Source of the DNA: Balanoglossus misakiensis
Taxonomy: Eukaryota > Animalia > Hemichordata
Direction: 5' to 3'
DNA length: 64,000 bases
NCBI GenBank assembly: GCA_040954595.2
Contig: CM082589.2
Location: 2,786,075 to 2,850,074, forward strand
In this document: positions 51,701-64,000 of the stretch, in pieces
How the letters are laid out: each line of letters opens with the position of its first letter
Position numbering within the stretch: position 1 is the stretch's first letter
Program-made: the position numbers and the translations under genes
Notes under the pieces: generated by a model
Seen by the model: the letters and a program-made list of their open reading frames with translations, nothing else
What the model was told of the DNA's origin: nothing
The model's database searches: none

Positions 51701-54700
51701 AGAATAAAAAAAAAAACAACCGTGCTGGGTGCGGTAACTGTGAAGTATTAGTGGACTGAAGACAGGGCGAGCAAGGCGATTTGGTCAAATTACAGGAAAT
51801 TGGATGCATAAAAATATCTTGGGAGAGAACTGATTCGCAAGACCACATGTGACGACTGCGAAATTAACCTAATCCGTGTTAATATACCTAAATGGGGGTT
51901 TTGTACCGTGATTTCTGCATTGCAGACATCAGGATGAATTTACTTCAATGAATTCGGTAATCCGTCTTCAGCTTGTCTCTGTTCGTTACATCTTTTGTTT
52001 CCTTCAAACAGCTCACAATAGGGGAAACAATTGCAAAAGTCGCATTTTTACGCGTGAATGTTGTTGGAAATGATTACGCGTTATTACTTTAAGTGCGTGT
52101 CAGTGTCTGACTATGCGGACTTCTCGTATGAGGTCATCTGGTAACTGTCTCGTTTCCCAACCTATCAGTGGAAAAAAGGAAAGCCGCGGTTGAGACCACG
52201 GCGACCCTTTGTAGAGGCACCCCAATTAGGTGGTCGGGTCAAATTCGCACACCGTGTGCAGTCGCAGAAATTACGTTTTCGCGAAGCGGCGAAAATTTTC
52301 CACGACTGGCCTCATTTCGTTCGAAACGCTGCGACGACGCAGGGTTGTCCCGGTCACGCCCTGGCGACGACAGCGCGAACGAATTCTGCACAATTCCGGT
52401 GGGAGTAGCGACATTCTTTGCCATTTTTTACTGTTGAGTAAACAGTGTTTGCGTTAGTGTATCGCTCGTCTCAGCGAATACAATCTGTTGGGTTTCAAAA
52501 CACGGCGAAACAATGGAGGACGCGGTGGCGCGGTAATGCCAAAACACTGCCGCGCGATCGAGCGCAGGCAACGAGCCAGGGTTTCCTCTAAAAATGCCAC
52601 AGCTATGCCTACTCACAAACGAGCATCGCTTTATTCGTGCATTTTACGTTTTATTGCCGACTCTCTGGGGAGATCGGCATCGACTCCCGCTTTTTCTCCT
52701 GTTTTTCGCTTCGAAATCGCAAATGAAGCCTCCAAAGGCTGTTTTTTTATGTTTCAGATGGAATCAAAAAGCCTTTTAAAACGGTTGGCTGATCATGAGC
52801 ATGTGAATGCGCGTATAGAGATCTTACCAGGCCATCACCAGAACACAACCTTCGGCCAAACGACCACGTTGTCATAGCAATTTTTCCGCGTTTCATGAAA
52901 GCCAGAAAAAAAAGATTACTGAAGAAAACTTTCGCTTTTCCCTTAATTAATGTCCTAACTTGGGACAAAATTAAAATATGAATATGCTTCAAAAGTATTT
53001 GCAGATATAAATATGCATTTTCAAAGGAGGCGTCTCAAAAGACAATGAAAGATAATCGACAGGCATTTGGTGAGGAGCATTTTAGAACAGATATCCAGGC
53101 TGACCCAAGTCAATGGTCAAGTAATTTTATCCATGATCGAGACTCGTCATCATCGATTTACAGAGAAACTCCTGATTTCTGGCTGAACCGTGCATGCAGT
53201 CTTTAGAACCCGCGATGATAATTGGAACGAATAACCGTTAATGGCGATAACAATAACAACAACAAACAAACAAGCCCGACGATTTCTGAATTTCCGTTCA
53301 GGCATTACTAGGGCGACCTGAAAACTGCCCCCACTTGGGATAAAAACAGACCCCGCACGCCACCAAAAAATGTCGTCTGGCCGCAAGGCCTCCTGGGCGA
53401 CCAACAACACCCCAGATATTACTCCCGCAAGACGAACGACCCCGTGAACGAGCCGCCATGGGCTTGCGGACTACTTATGTCTGCTAAAATATTGAAGAAA
53501 ATATGTATATAACAAAGAATACACGGAATATATTGCATTTCGGAAAGGGTGTCAGTATCCAGAATGACCCCGAGCTCTTCTCCCTAGAATGCACGCTTCT
53601 TCTAAAGCACGAGAGAATAACTCTCGGTATAAGTAATACGTCTTCCGCCTACAGCAGAACGAAAATTGCGTCTTTGAATGGAAACGACGCACCTCTGCTG
53701 CCGAGCTTATCGCAATTAACCCCGAGACATTCTCCCCTTTTTTCGCATACATCAAGTTCAAGATGGCCGGGCAGGTCGAGAGATGCAATCGCGTGATGTC
53801 TCGACCTGGCGAGGCAAATCGAGTTTGTTGCCCAGATCTTCTTGTCTATGAAATGAAAGAGGGGAGACTCATTTTAGCGAGGCATGGAAAACCTAGTGAA
53901 TCACGGAGTACAGACTATTATGAAAATTGTCTGTTGACAATTAACATGTCAATTTTGGAGTTCCGATTTCTTTTTCAACTTAAAGTAACATCTTAGCACA
54001 ATGGTATTGTTTATATAGAATGGGACATCTTGTGTTAAATCTCCATCGAGTAATAAGGACATTTCAAACATAAACTTATACATTCAAACTGCGAATGCTC
54101 TGTACTTTCTGATATCTTTATTTTACTGAATTCGTAATTTTGAAGAAGGCAATGTATAGAATATAAGCAGTAGCTATGGTAATACCTCGATTATTTCTTC
54201 AGCAAAGTGACGTTTATTTCGACCCCTCCCCACCAAAGAGAGTCACACAACACTTATGTCAATTTAGTGCTAGCAAATGTTCCCTGATACAAGGCAAGTT
54301 GGAAGCATCATTTTCCTCGTGGTAACACGATTTGTAGATAACATGGACGGTGTCTTTGTCAAATCTTCCTTCGGTGTCGGGTCGCAATCATGCGGTGGAA
54401 ATTGTTCGTGTGCTGTTTCATCATCATTCTCTGGTCGGCTTCGTGTCTATACGCAGATGGCAACAATGCAGCCCATATCAAATTTTCTGCCGGGATTGTT
54501 TTTTGTATGTGTGCGTTTCTTTTCTGGTGGTGTTCGGCTTGTTGGTTTCGGAAAGCAGAGATTGGCAAAGCTTGCTAGCTGCAGCTTATCGCCTTGAGCT
54601 ATCAGCTCTACATTCGATTCCGAATGTCCCCCCCCCCCTCCTAAAATAGCCCAGAACCTGCACAACAAAACGGGGATATGGCCGTAGCCGAGGGGGAGGG

Positions 54701-57700
54701 GTTTGTAGTACATTAAAAACCATCCTTTGCGATCGCGGTAAACTTTGAACAGTCTTTGGCGGGTGGCTTTGTCTAAGATTGAAGTCTCTCTTGCTCTGAC
54801 TCAAGCTTGAGTATGCATTTTTTCAACTCACGTCAGGCGGAGCTGAATATGCACTTAGAAAAATACACACCCCTTCTTCGGACATAACTGTAATCTGTCA
54901 GGTCGCCATGATTCTGTATCTGATCAATCGATACGTCCTGTAAACAAGTTTCACGCATTTTCAGTTCAAGGGAGATCCTATATACTATATCAAGACGAAT
55001 AAAATCAACAATCATCTTCACAATCATGTAGTAAAACGCGCCTGCTAAACAAATTACCGAGACTTTGATTTAGCAAATTGTTTTCGAAGTAGTTTCAGAC
55101 GAATGTTGGTTTTTTGTTTTTTGTTTGTTTTGCATTTGACTTTTTAACTGGGACTGTGACCCAGGTAAATCACCGGGCACATGAATATTCATCACGGTGT
55201 TGAATAAATTTCCATAATAACACGACTTCAGTTTTGAGGGAGAAAATGAAATGTTAAGCATATTGTGGTGTGGTATGATATTCGTTGTGTTGAAAGCCAT
55301 CATCGTTTTCAAGACGCTGTCACAAATCGTACGCTGTCCCTCTGGTGGTTTGTATCGTCTTAATTAAGTGTGGGAACTCCCGCCACGATGAATAATTATT
55401 TTCTGCAGCGCGGAAAGGTGATCGTGGCTACCGACGACGCTGCGACTTGATTATACGATGCAAAACAGGATAAAAATCGCTGTAGAGGTTTCCGAAGTTA
55501 GGTCGCACGCAGCCTCGAATTTCACTGCAGTACAGGAGCGATGAACCCGCCGCGAGAACGCAAACTATGAATTTTAACGGGAAACAGGTGCCTAGACGCT
55601 GTCAGAGGGAGAAAAAACTAACTAACCGTAGTGTAATCAAGTTTTGTCAGGAATTCGGTGGTACCAGTGTGAGCCCATGGTTGATATTACTGAAGGTTTC
55701 TAACCAGTCTAATTTCAGTCTGACCAAAATGAACGCCCGCACAACGTTGTTGCAAAAGAGATGTATTATTATAATAAATGAGACAAAAAGCACTGGTCCT
55801 CTCTTCCCCTGACCTCAAAATAAATATACCCACTGTCCCCATACGGCATACCTTCATTCGAATTTATTTGTATCGCGGCGACCCGTTCTTTCCCCCCCCC
55901 CCCTCTCTCTCCGTGTCCCACGGCCCAGCCTCGGTCTGGCTAGAGGTCTCCTTTATAACGGCAGATAAAAGAATCTTGATTTTAAAAATACTTGTCAGAG
56001 ATTTGCATACCCATGGGACAAAATCTACGATAATTGGCCCAGATGCGTCTTTCGTCGGCCTCATTCATTATCTGGCGATGCCATCGTCTTGATCCAATCT
56101 TACCCAAAAGTGTGAGAACGATTCAAATATTTCTCTAAGCAAGAATAATTTTCACCTCTGCGGCTTTTTGACGTCGTCACGAAAACGCGCCCATATTTTC
56201 ATGCCTGTCCAGAGGACAAATTGCCAACAAACGGCGCGATATTCGTTATTTCCCAACGAGAAAACGAGAGACGACAAAAATGAGAGAGCGCGCCTCCATA
56301 TGATTCGGTTTGTCTAATCGCTTTAAAATATTCATGTTCGGCAGAAAACAAACGAAGACTAAGCGGAAGACCCTGTCCCAACCTCTATTAGCGTTGACAT
56401 GGTGATCCGGTTTTTTTTCTGACAAAAATAGACACATGGAAAATGGAGGGAATTTCTGTAATTGCTACAATGTTTGCGTTTTGACTGACTGGGAATCAAT
56501 GGTAATGGTCGCAGTTAATCCTGGAATACTCAGAGCCAATTTTCTTCTTGAGTTCCATTTCATCATTCGATCAGTCCGTGTGTATCTCTGCTCCGTTCTC
56601 AGTGTCAGAAAAGTATCGTTTTTTTTTGTAAATCACCTTGTCCTTCTCGGTCTCTCTCACCATACTGGCATCCTGTGATCATCCTGATTGGGGGGATGGG
56701 ATTTCCTGAGTAATGGGACTGTTTCGCCGGCACACGATCATTAGAGAAAAAACAACAATCAGAGAACCTTTTCGCAGACGAAGATTGTGGTCGACAAAGC
56801 GCTGAGAGAGAGAAATAAAACAGCCGAACGAAAATGTCGGTTTTCTGGCCGGTCTAACAAAGCTGTTTGTTGTCAGCGTTTTGATAGCAGAAAATAAAAC
56901 ACGTTTTGTTTTCTGAATGCGCGATATTCATGCAAACGGCAACCGTCATTTCGACATCTTGACAAGACAAATTGAAACATTTTTGTTATCACACCAAAAA
57001 ATCGGAAGAAGTGTTAGAGAGTTCATAATCTTCAAATTGGGGCATAGCCTTCTGTTCGATATTTGTATCATATCCTGGTTTAATTTGAATAGTTTTGATT
57101 TCACACAAAGGTTGTGTATATTTCTCAGTGAAATCGACACAGACATTAAACGTATTATACATACGTGTTTGGTTATAGTCTCGACGGGTAGAATGAAAAA
57201 AACCCTGCTGAGTCAATATTTGATAGAGACATTTTCCCTTCCTTACCTTTGAATAAAACTGTGAGTTTTCGTCCGCTGGAACCGTTCTCGATTAAAAAAA
57301 ACGATGAAAATCTCTAGATCCTGATTAGTTTCCGGTGGCGCATTCGAGTTTATCGGTCAGATTCATCAAAAACAGTTATGAAATAAACATGGTTGTGGCG
57401 TGGTGGCAAAAGATGGGGTACACCACCCTGTCAAGTAAATACACACACAAACACAATGAGCGTTACAATGGGCGCTTGTTTTGTAGGCAGTCTCATTGGC
57501 CGGTCTTTGAAAACCATGATTGCACCTTAACGTACTATTTTCATCGAAATACAACCATTGCATGTTACATTTTGCTTGAGTTGAATAAACAGAACAATGG
57601 AACATTGAACGCGGCGCACAATTAACCAGCTCTTAACGCCTTTCATTTAGGGCCTTTTCTGGCATTGTTGCCAAAGCCGTACTCGAAAAAAAATGGGTCC

Positions 57701-60134
57701 CAGTTAACGTTGTTGCGTGGCTATTTCTGTTGTTTTACTACCGCCAAAATAGAGCGATCACGCTTGGATAAACACAGCCCCGACAGAAACGGTTAGTGTG
57801 TCTTTTAAAATCGTGGGGAGAGGGGGGGGGGGGGCTGCTCTACCGTGTTCAGTGCGCGAGGGGGTGAGTGAGGCCATGCTGCCCAGTCTGTACCGCCATG
57901 ACTTCTCTTTTCAGGGATTCGTTCACTGGCGTTGAAAAGCGACAAAAATGAGCCTAGGGTTGGAGGTAAAACCCTGATCATAAACGGTAAAGAACCTCAA
58001 ATCTAAAATCACGACTTTCATCTGTATCACATACACAAAGATGCAATCTCTAATCAATCTCAGCAAATCTGTTCAGAAGTCTTGGCTTCGACTGAGCTCA
58101 CCCAGTCTCTGGAATCTCAAGGTTTATTACAATAATAGCTATTGAATAAATACGAGAATGTTATCAATCAAAAATGTCATGGCAAAACAATTTATGAATT
58201 CATAAAGTGAAATTCTAATCTTGCATAATATTTGTGGCTTCTCCGATTGAACCAAGAAAACACATTTGTTGTTCGTGTTGTTGTTGCTAATGCTGGTGTT
58301 GTTGTTCTTGTCTGCTTGTTGTATTCTTAGCCTAACGAATGGTTTTGCAAAAATGCGAGGATAATAGCCAGTCTGAGAAACTGGGACTGATGTGCTTTGA
58401 ACTGTACCGGTCACCATGATGTCATCCGTCATCGGCGTCAACTTCGCTGATTTCACGAATATTGTGTAGGCCTACGCGGGGCATTATCGTTCCCTCCCTC
58501 TATTAAACAAAACATGAAAAACACGCTAAGAAAGACCAGTTAAACAGTCATGCCTAACTTTTGCTCCTCCATTTAGTCACCCATAGACTGTGCAAGATTT
58601 GAAATTGTCGGGCCGTGTGTCCTCCTCTCGTGCGGCGCTCTCCTACTGTCGGTCTCTGTTCACGTCGCCATGACAGCCTGCTCGGCGCGTGTCAGCGGCG
58701 CGCTGCACTGCGTATGCCTTGCTTATTGTTCGCCCCTTTTTTCTGAAAGCGGCAATTTTTTAAGAATTTGTTTTGTTGTTCGCCAGTTAACACCGAGTGA
58801 GGTAGACGAAAGGGCCTTTCTCGCTAATTGTAAGTTCTAAGTACGGAGCAGTGTGGCAGTGATACCCGTCATCACGCTCATAGACGAGGGATATACCCCA
58901 GTAATCTTGTTTACACGAGCCCCTCGTCCGTCTCCACTCTCGCTAACTCCATGCTCCATCAGTCGACGGCAACAATGCCACTTGGAGAGCACACGACAAC
59001 ATAAGTTTCAAATCCCAACAGAACGGGATAAAAAACACACCACTTTAATTTCAAATTCATCTTCTTAAGTTATCATCTGCAAAATAACCAAAAGTTACAT
59101 TTCGGGGAGACTTGTTTCTTCTGTAAACAAAAAGTAATTAGAGAGGTCAGTCTGGGTAAGTTTGGGTAAAATGAAGAAAATTGGTGAACTTTCACCACTT
59201 TTCTTTTCTTTTTTGTGTGTCTTTCCGCCAAGGCGAATTGTCTTTATAGTTGTTGCCCTACTCTGCACCGATTGTGCATATTTACCAATGTTGACCCAAA
59301 GCATGTCCATTTCACGTGAAATGGACAGTGTAACTCGCCGATAAAAGTTCAAACAAGTGCACGCACAAGAAGTCTCTCAAATTAGAGTAGATTGTATATT
59401 GTAATATTTCCGTTCCTAACGAGCGCATTGTCTCCGTGTTTTCTCAGTAAATCCGAGTTATCTGGGGTCCGCATGTGACTGGTACAGATCTCGCCCCTCC
59501 TCACAATTCTGGGTAGGCACACTGACTATTGCCTTTTACCACCAACACAATGCGCAGGCACAATATGTTTTTGTTTGGGGTCGATGGGAGAAGTGTGTGT
59601 CTGATTTTTTTGTTCGGCGATGAACTCAGATGCAACACCGTCAGCACAATGGCCGCAGTCGGGGAGTGTCGCGGGGAGCGCAGGGGCGCGCTCACTACTT
59701 GAGCGCCGGGACGCGGGCACAATTGAGAGAGAACTGTTCTTTTTTTTACCCCTCCGCCTGTCAGGACCGGTCGGTGGATCCATTCACCTCATCTATGTCT
59801 ACTAATCGTTGCTAAATCACAGCCAGATTTGACAATGAAGACATCCTGGAAATGAGCACAGACATGTTAATTAGGCCGAGCTGCGTCCAACCATTGTTGT
59901 ATGGCGTTGTTCAAACGCGTCTGTGCCCCGCGCCAACCGTACGTCAGCAGTGCCTTGTCGATTCGGACCTACATAATATCGATTACATAGCAGTCTATAC
60001 GTCGAGTTCCCCCCCCCCCCCCCACCTACCCCAGTCAGCAATGAGCAACAAATATCACTTTTCCCATTTTTCCCATATCTAGACATTTTCTAGACTTTCT
60101 TCACATTCTATCAACATATCAAAATACTTAGATC

Positions 60135-60243
60135 ATATATATATATATATATCATATATATTACTTTATATATATCACTATATATTACTATAAATATAAT
60201 ATACTAATATATAGTAATATTTATAGTAATATATAGTCATATA
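60135..60243. repeat. (AT)n / TA-rich low-complexity tract
   Basis: Direct reading. Confidence 0.85.
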
Positions 60244-62801
60244 AACAAACATAAGCGTCGGAAATTCATTCTATGTGGCCAGCATTGAAACGAGTTTCGA
60301 TTAAACGATACTTTAGTAGACTCCGCAGTGGGGTTAGACATGAAAAGGCCGCTGCCACTTGAAATAAGTCATCAGTGCTTGAGCATATTTGTCCGCTCAT
60401 TTGCATTTGAAAAGACATTGCTTTAAAGTCACGAAAACGCTTCTTGCTCTGATATTTGGCAAATCCAAAAACATCACTCCCACTCAGTCACCCACTCACT
60501 TACTTACTAACTCACTCGCTATCTCGCTCACTCATCCTCGAACTCATTTACTCGCTCGCCCATTCTCTAATAAAAGTGGAAGCCGCCTTCATATATAATA
60601 ATCTGACAAATCATCAATTTGTTATACACATTTGCCCATTACACATATCTATACAGCAGTCCCATTCACAGTGAGAAATAAATGATTCAATATTCTCTGA
60701 CAGCTAGAATTGGACACTATGACTATGTGCACAGTTTCAGTCTGTAAATGAATCTTGACAATATAATTTTGAAAATGCGTTATCTGGATATCGCTCAATG
60801 GTCGACAAACAAAATCTTTCTCAGCTGACGAGACTTCTATATCCTCCCCGTCCTTTTCGTGATTCCCTGTGTAACTTCGCCCTGCGCCTAGATCAACGTC
60901 ACTTGTACGACTTCAGCTCTTCTGACAGCTGTCATCAAAATAGAGCCAGATCCCATCTGCAGAGCTAGCTTATTATAACACACATCTTTCTCTGTCAGTC
61001 CGAATAAACACATCCACCTCTTCCCGTGATCCGAACGGGGAGGGGGAAAATGACCGATTCCTGACAGGCAAGTCGTGTTAAGTAAAGTGCCCTGGATTCG
61101 ATGAGTTATTGTCTCGGTTTGGTGCGCACAGTTTCGTTGTTCAACATTGTTTTGGAGAGTTGGATAATGTAATGTGATGCGGTGTGGTGTAGTGTGGTGT
61201 GTCACTGGTTAATTATAACAACCTGAAAGAAAAAAGAAAAAGAAAAAAGAAAAAATAAGAATTAGGTCTTTGTGACTTATTTTAAACATATATAGTATGA
61301 TCATCACCCTTGTCAAACATGCTTTGCGTTTCCCAATGAATTATCTAGAAACTTCCCCCATCGCAGTAAAGTGTCTTTCACCAAGAGTTTTTATTTATTA
61401 AATATCCAAAGAGTTTTATTCTTTCCAATGACCTAGATGTTTTTCCTAAGCACAAAAACCATCTCAAGGAGACAAAATCCATACACCAATCTTTTTTGTG
61501 TTCTTCAAACGTTCTTTTTAAAAAGTAAGTTAGTCGTTCCATCTGTATCACAATAGGAGAAAATCCTTCAGCGTTTAATTTAGGAAAGCAACAGAGGAAA
61601 GGATTAGTGGAGATTTAGGGCCTGATTTTGATTTTGTTTTCTAATTTCAAATTGAAAATCCCCAGACAAAAAGTGCACAAACAGACCAAACCCTTGAATC
61701 CGACTTAAAGACTATTCGCGAGATAAGGCCGGTTTTAAGGTCACAGTAGCCGTTACAACTGGCGACGTATATGCATTTTTTACGTTTGATAATGTGTACC
61801 TCTTACACCCTTCTTATCGATTTTGGATTTCAAGCCGATGGATGAAAGCTAGCCGACGAAGGGAACTCGGCAAATCCATTTACTTAACAATGGACAATAG
61901 AGAGGCCCGTCTTTAAAATAGCCGCCTTCGTCTTTCTGTTTTAAGCATTTAAACAGTTCGAGTCCTGTAAAAAGAAATCTTGTAATCCATTTCTCCGACT
62001 GGTTTCGCCCACTTTAAAGGCAGCAAACGCATCATTTGCGTCTCTGTCAGTTAAGCAATGCAAGACTTTGTCATTTCTACAGATTGGCACATTATTCCTA
62101 CCCTCGGCCGTGACGAAATATAATAAACCCGATTCTTAAACTATTGGATGAGGTTTGGCGCCCTTGAAAGGAAAAACAACATTTTCAAAAGTCTGTTCAT
62201 ATCATCACTCATTATTAGTTTTGTTCACTAACTTATGAGTTATCGAGCAAACCGTTCCCGTCAAACAATGTGTTGATATGCTAAATCGAACGTTAACACA
62301 GTAGGCAGGTTTGACCAGCTGGTTTGGTTTATTCAAAAAATCTCTAATAAAAATTGCAACTCTTTTAATGTTGCTTAACGCATGATATAGTCAGGTATGC
62401 CAGACAATGCTAGTTATCGACATAATAATGTTGCTACAATTTGGTCAGGGGTATCGTAATGAAGGGGAGGTGGCTAAACAGTAGAGTTTTTTATTTGTTT
62501 AGGAGACGCTCCGTGCTCATTCAGGAGAAAGGGAACAAAAGAATTTCTCTCTGAAATATACATGACACAGTGATTTGATACAAGCTTTGATAACACTTGA
62601 TTGCGCAGTGAGTATGTGCCAGGTCGTAATCACGCATCAGTATCGCCCATACACAAGATATAATCCGAGCAACAAAAAAAACACCAAATCAAATAAAAAT
62701 TATAAAATATCAGATTCATTGTTGATCGTCTACATGCAGATATAGATATGTCCAAGGAATCTATCTACATGTATCTATCCACGTATCTATGTATCTATCT
62801 A

Positions 62802-62834
62802 CCTCTCCCTCTCCCTCCCTCCTCTCTATCTCCT

Positions 62835-62865
<31 letters not shown>

Positions 62866-62892
62866 ATTCTCTCTCTCTCCCTCTCTCTCTCT
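62802..62892. repeat. (CT)n / (CCCT)n polypyrimidine microsatellite
   Basis: Direct reading. It accounts for the LSLSLS and ERERER ORFs at 62748..63027. Confidence 0.92.
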
Positions 62893-64000
62893 ACCAAGAA
62901 CTTTGTTTTTTTTCTCTCTTTCTAATTGAAAGTAGTCGGTCACCAATTCGGTAGCAGTTAAAGGGAAGGTCAGTGCTAAAGAGACAAATAGTAAACGTGA
63001 CAAAAGGTTATCATTTGTAGCCAGCACGGTGAGGTGTAATTTACCTAGAGATTACAACTCCACTAATTGGTAGCAATTTTTTGGCAGTTCGTGCTCCCAG
63101 TTGCACCCTACACCGCGCTTGACAATCACCGTCGCATTGCAAAGAGACACATTTTCTTACAAATTTGCCGCCGAGCGCACAGAAGGATCAGGCCCACACC
63201 GGGGCTATGTTAATGTCGGTGTAAGGCCAACTATTTGCCCAGATTTCCCTTGCTTCTGTCCCCTCTGTTTCTCGAAGCCCCGCTTGTATCATTCGATGGA
63301 GGAGACCTCTCCCGTACATTGTAATCGCGACATATTTTGCCGCCAGAGCAACATGGCCGAGTTATTCTCTGATATCGATACCTGGAGAAGAAGAGAAAAT
63401 TGCGCGCGGCCCATGCATATGCCATTGGATATAGTGTTTGTACTAAAGTGCATGTTGTTGATCGAGTGACTCCAAATGGCACAATTTTACTTCAGACGAT
63501 TTGCAGCTCTGGGCATAAACGGCTATCCTTTCTTTGGCTTCCCTGCATTTCGATTCTCGTCACGTGTTTCGCCCATTATCGATGCCTGGCGAACTTCAAC
63601 TTGACAGCAGGAATGTTCTCTCTGTGTCGCAAGTGAACTTTACCTCGTTATTCGCAGAGTAGAAGGTGATTGCGGCACATTTTAAGCAGGCCATTGTTCG
63701 GGGGAGAATGTCTAATTCATGAACTGTAATATACGCGGCTGTTCGAGAGAAAGTGACGTTTTTTTTTTCATGTCTGATTGTTTTGTTTGTTGGTAAGCGT
63801 TCACCTCTAAGGTGATGCAAATGAAACAAAACAAAAACACAGTTTTTAATTGTGACTGGGAAAATCACGTCGACGTATTCTCTGTAAAGATAAGCATTTG
63901 GGGTGATTGGAACTCCCGGATGTAAATCGACACTGCCCGTTGTGGTGTGACCACCACGCTCAAATATTACACTTCATTCTCCGTGTGTACTGTTTTTTGC

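Noticed and set aside
1-64000. CRISPR arrays, rRNA, intact tRNA, transposase/RT ORFs, prokaryotic defence systems
   Set aside because: None seen. There is no regularly spaced repeat-spacer array, no long ORF with catalytic motifs, and the DNA is intron-containing animal sequence.

Overview
Eukaryotic (metazoan) genomic DNA, AT-rich, with spliceosomal GT-AG introns. Nothing prokaryotic is present: no operons, CRISPR arrays, rRNA or intact transposase. The one gene I can identify is MRPL15 (mitochondrial ribosomal protein uL15m) on the minus strand, with four coding exons: join(10782..10883, 4741..4895, 4055..4220, 2079..2540), 885 nt, 294 aa plus stop. Its start region carries a YY1 motif over the ATG and two Staf/ZNF143-like sites. 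The remaining ~53 kb (11-64 kb) has no recognisable protein-coding ORF. It contains microsatellites, long G/C homopolymers, a Helitron-like end, transcription-factor motif clusters and several candidate non-coding or 5' exons, the best being plus-strand first-exon candidates at 46.8-48.7 kb. CpG is strongly depleted in the MRPL15 intron sampled but abundant in the desert sample, which fits invertebrate gene-body methylation. An invertebrate, possibly a non-vertebrate deuterostome, is my inference and is not established. I did not find a demonstrably new biological system. The best leads are regulatory or non-coding and are reported as hypotheses.
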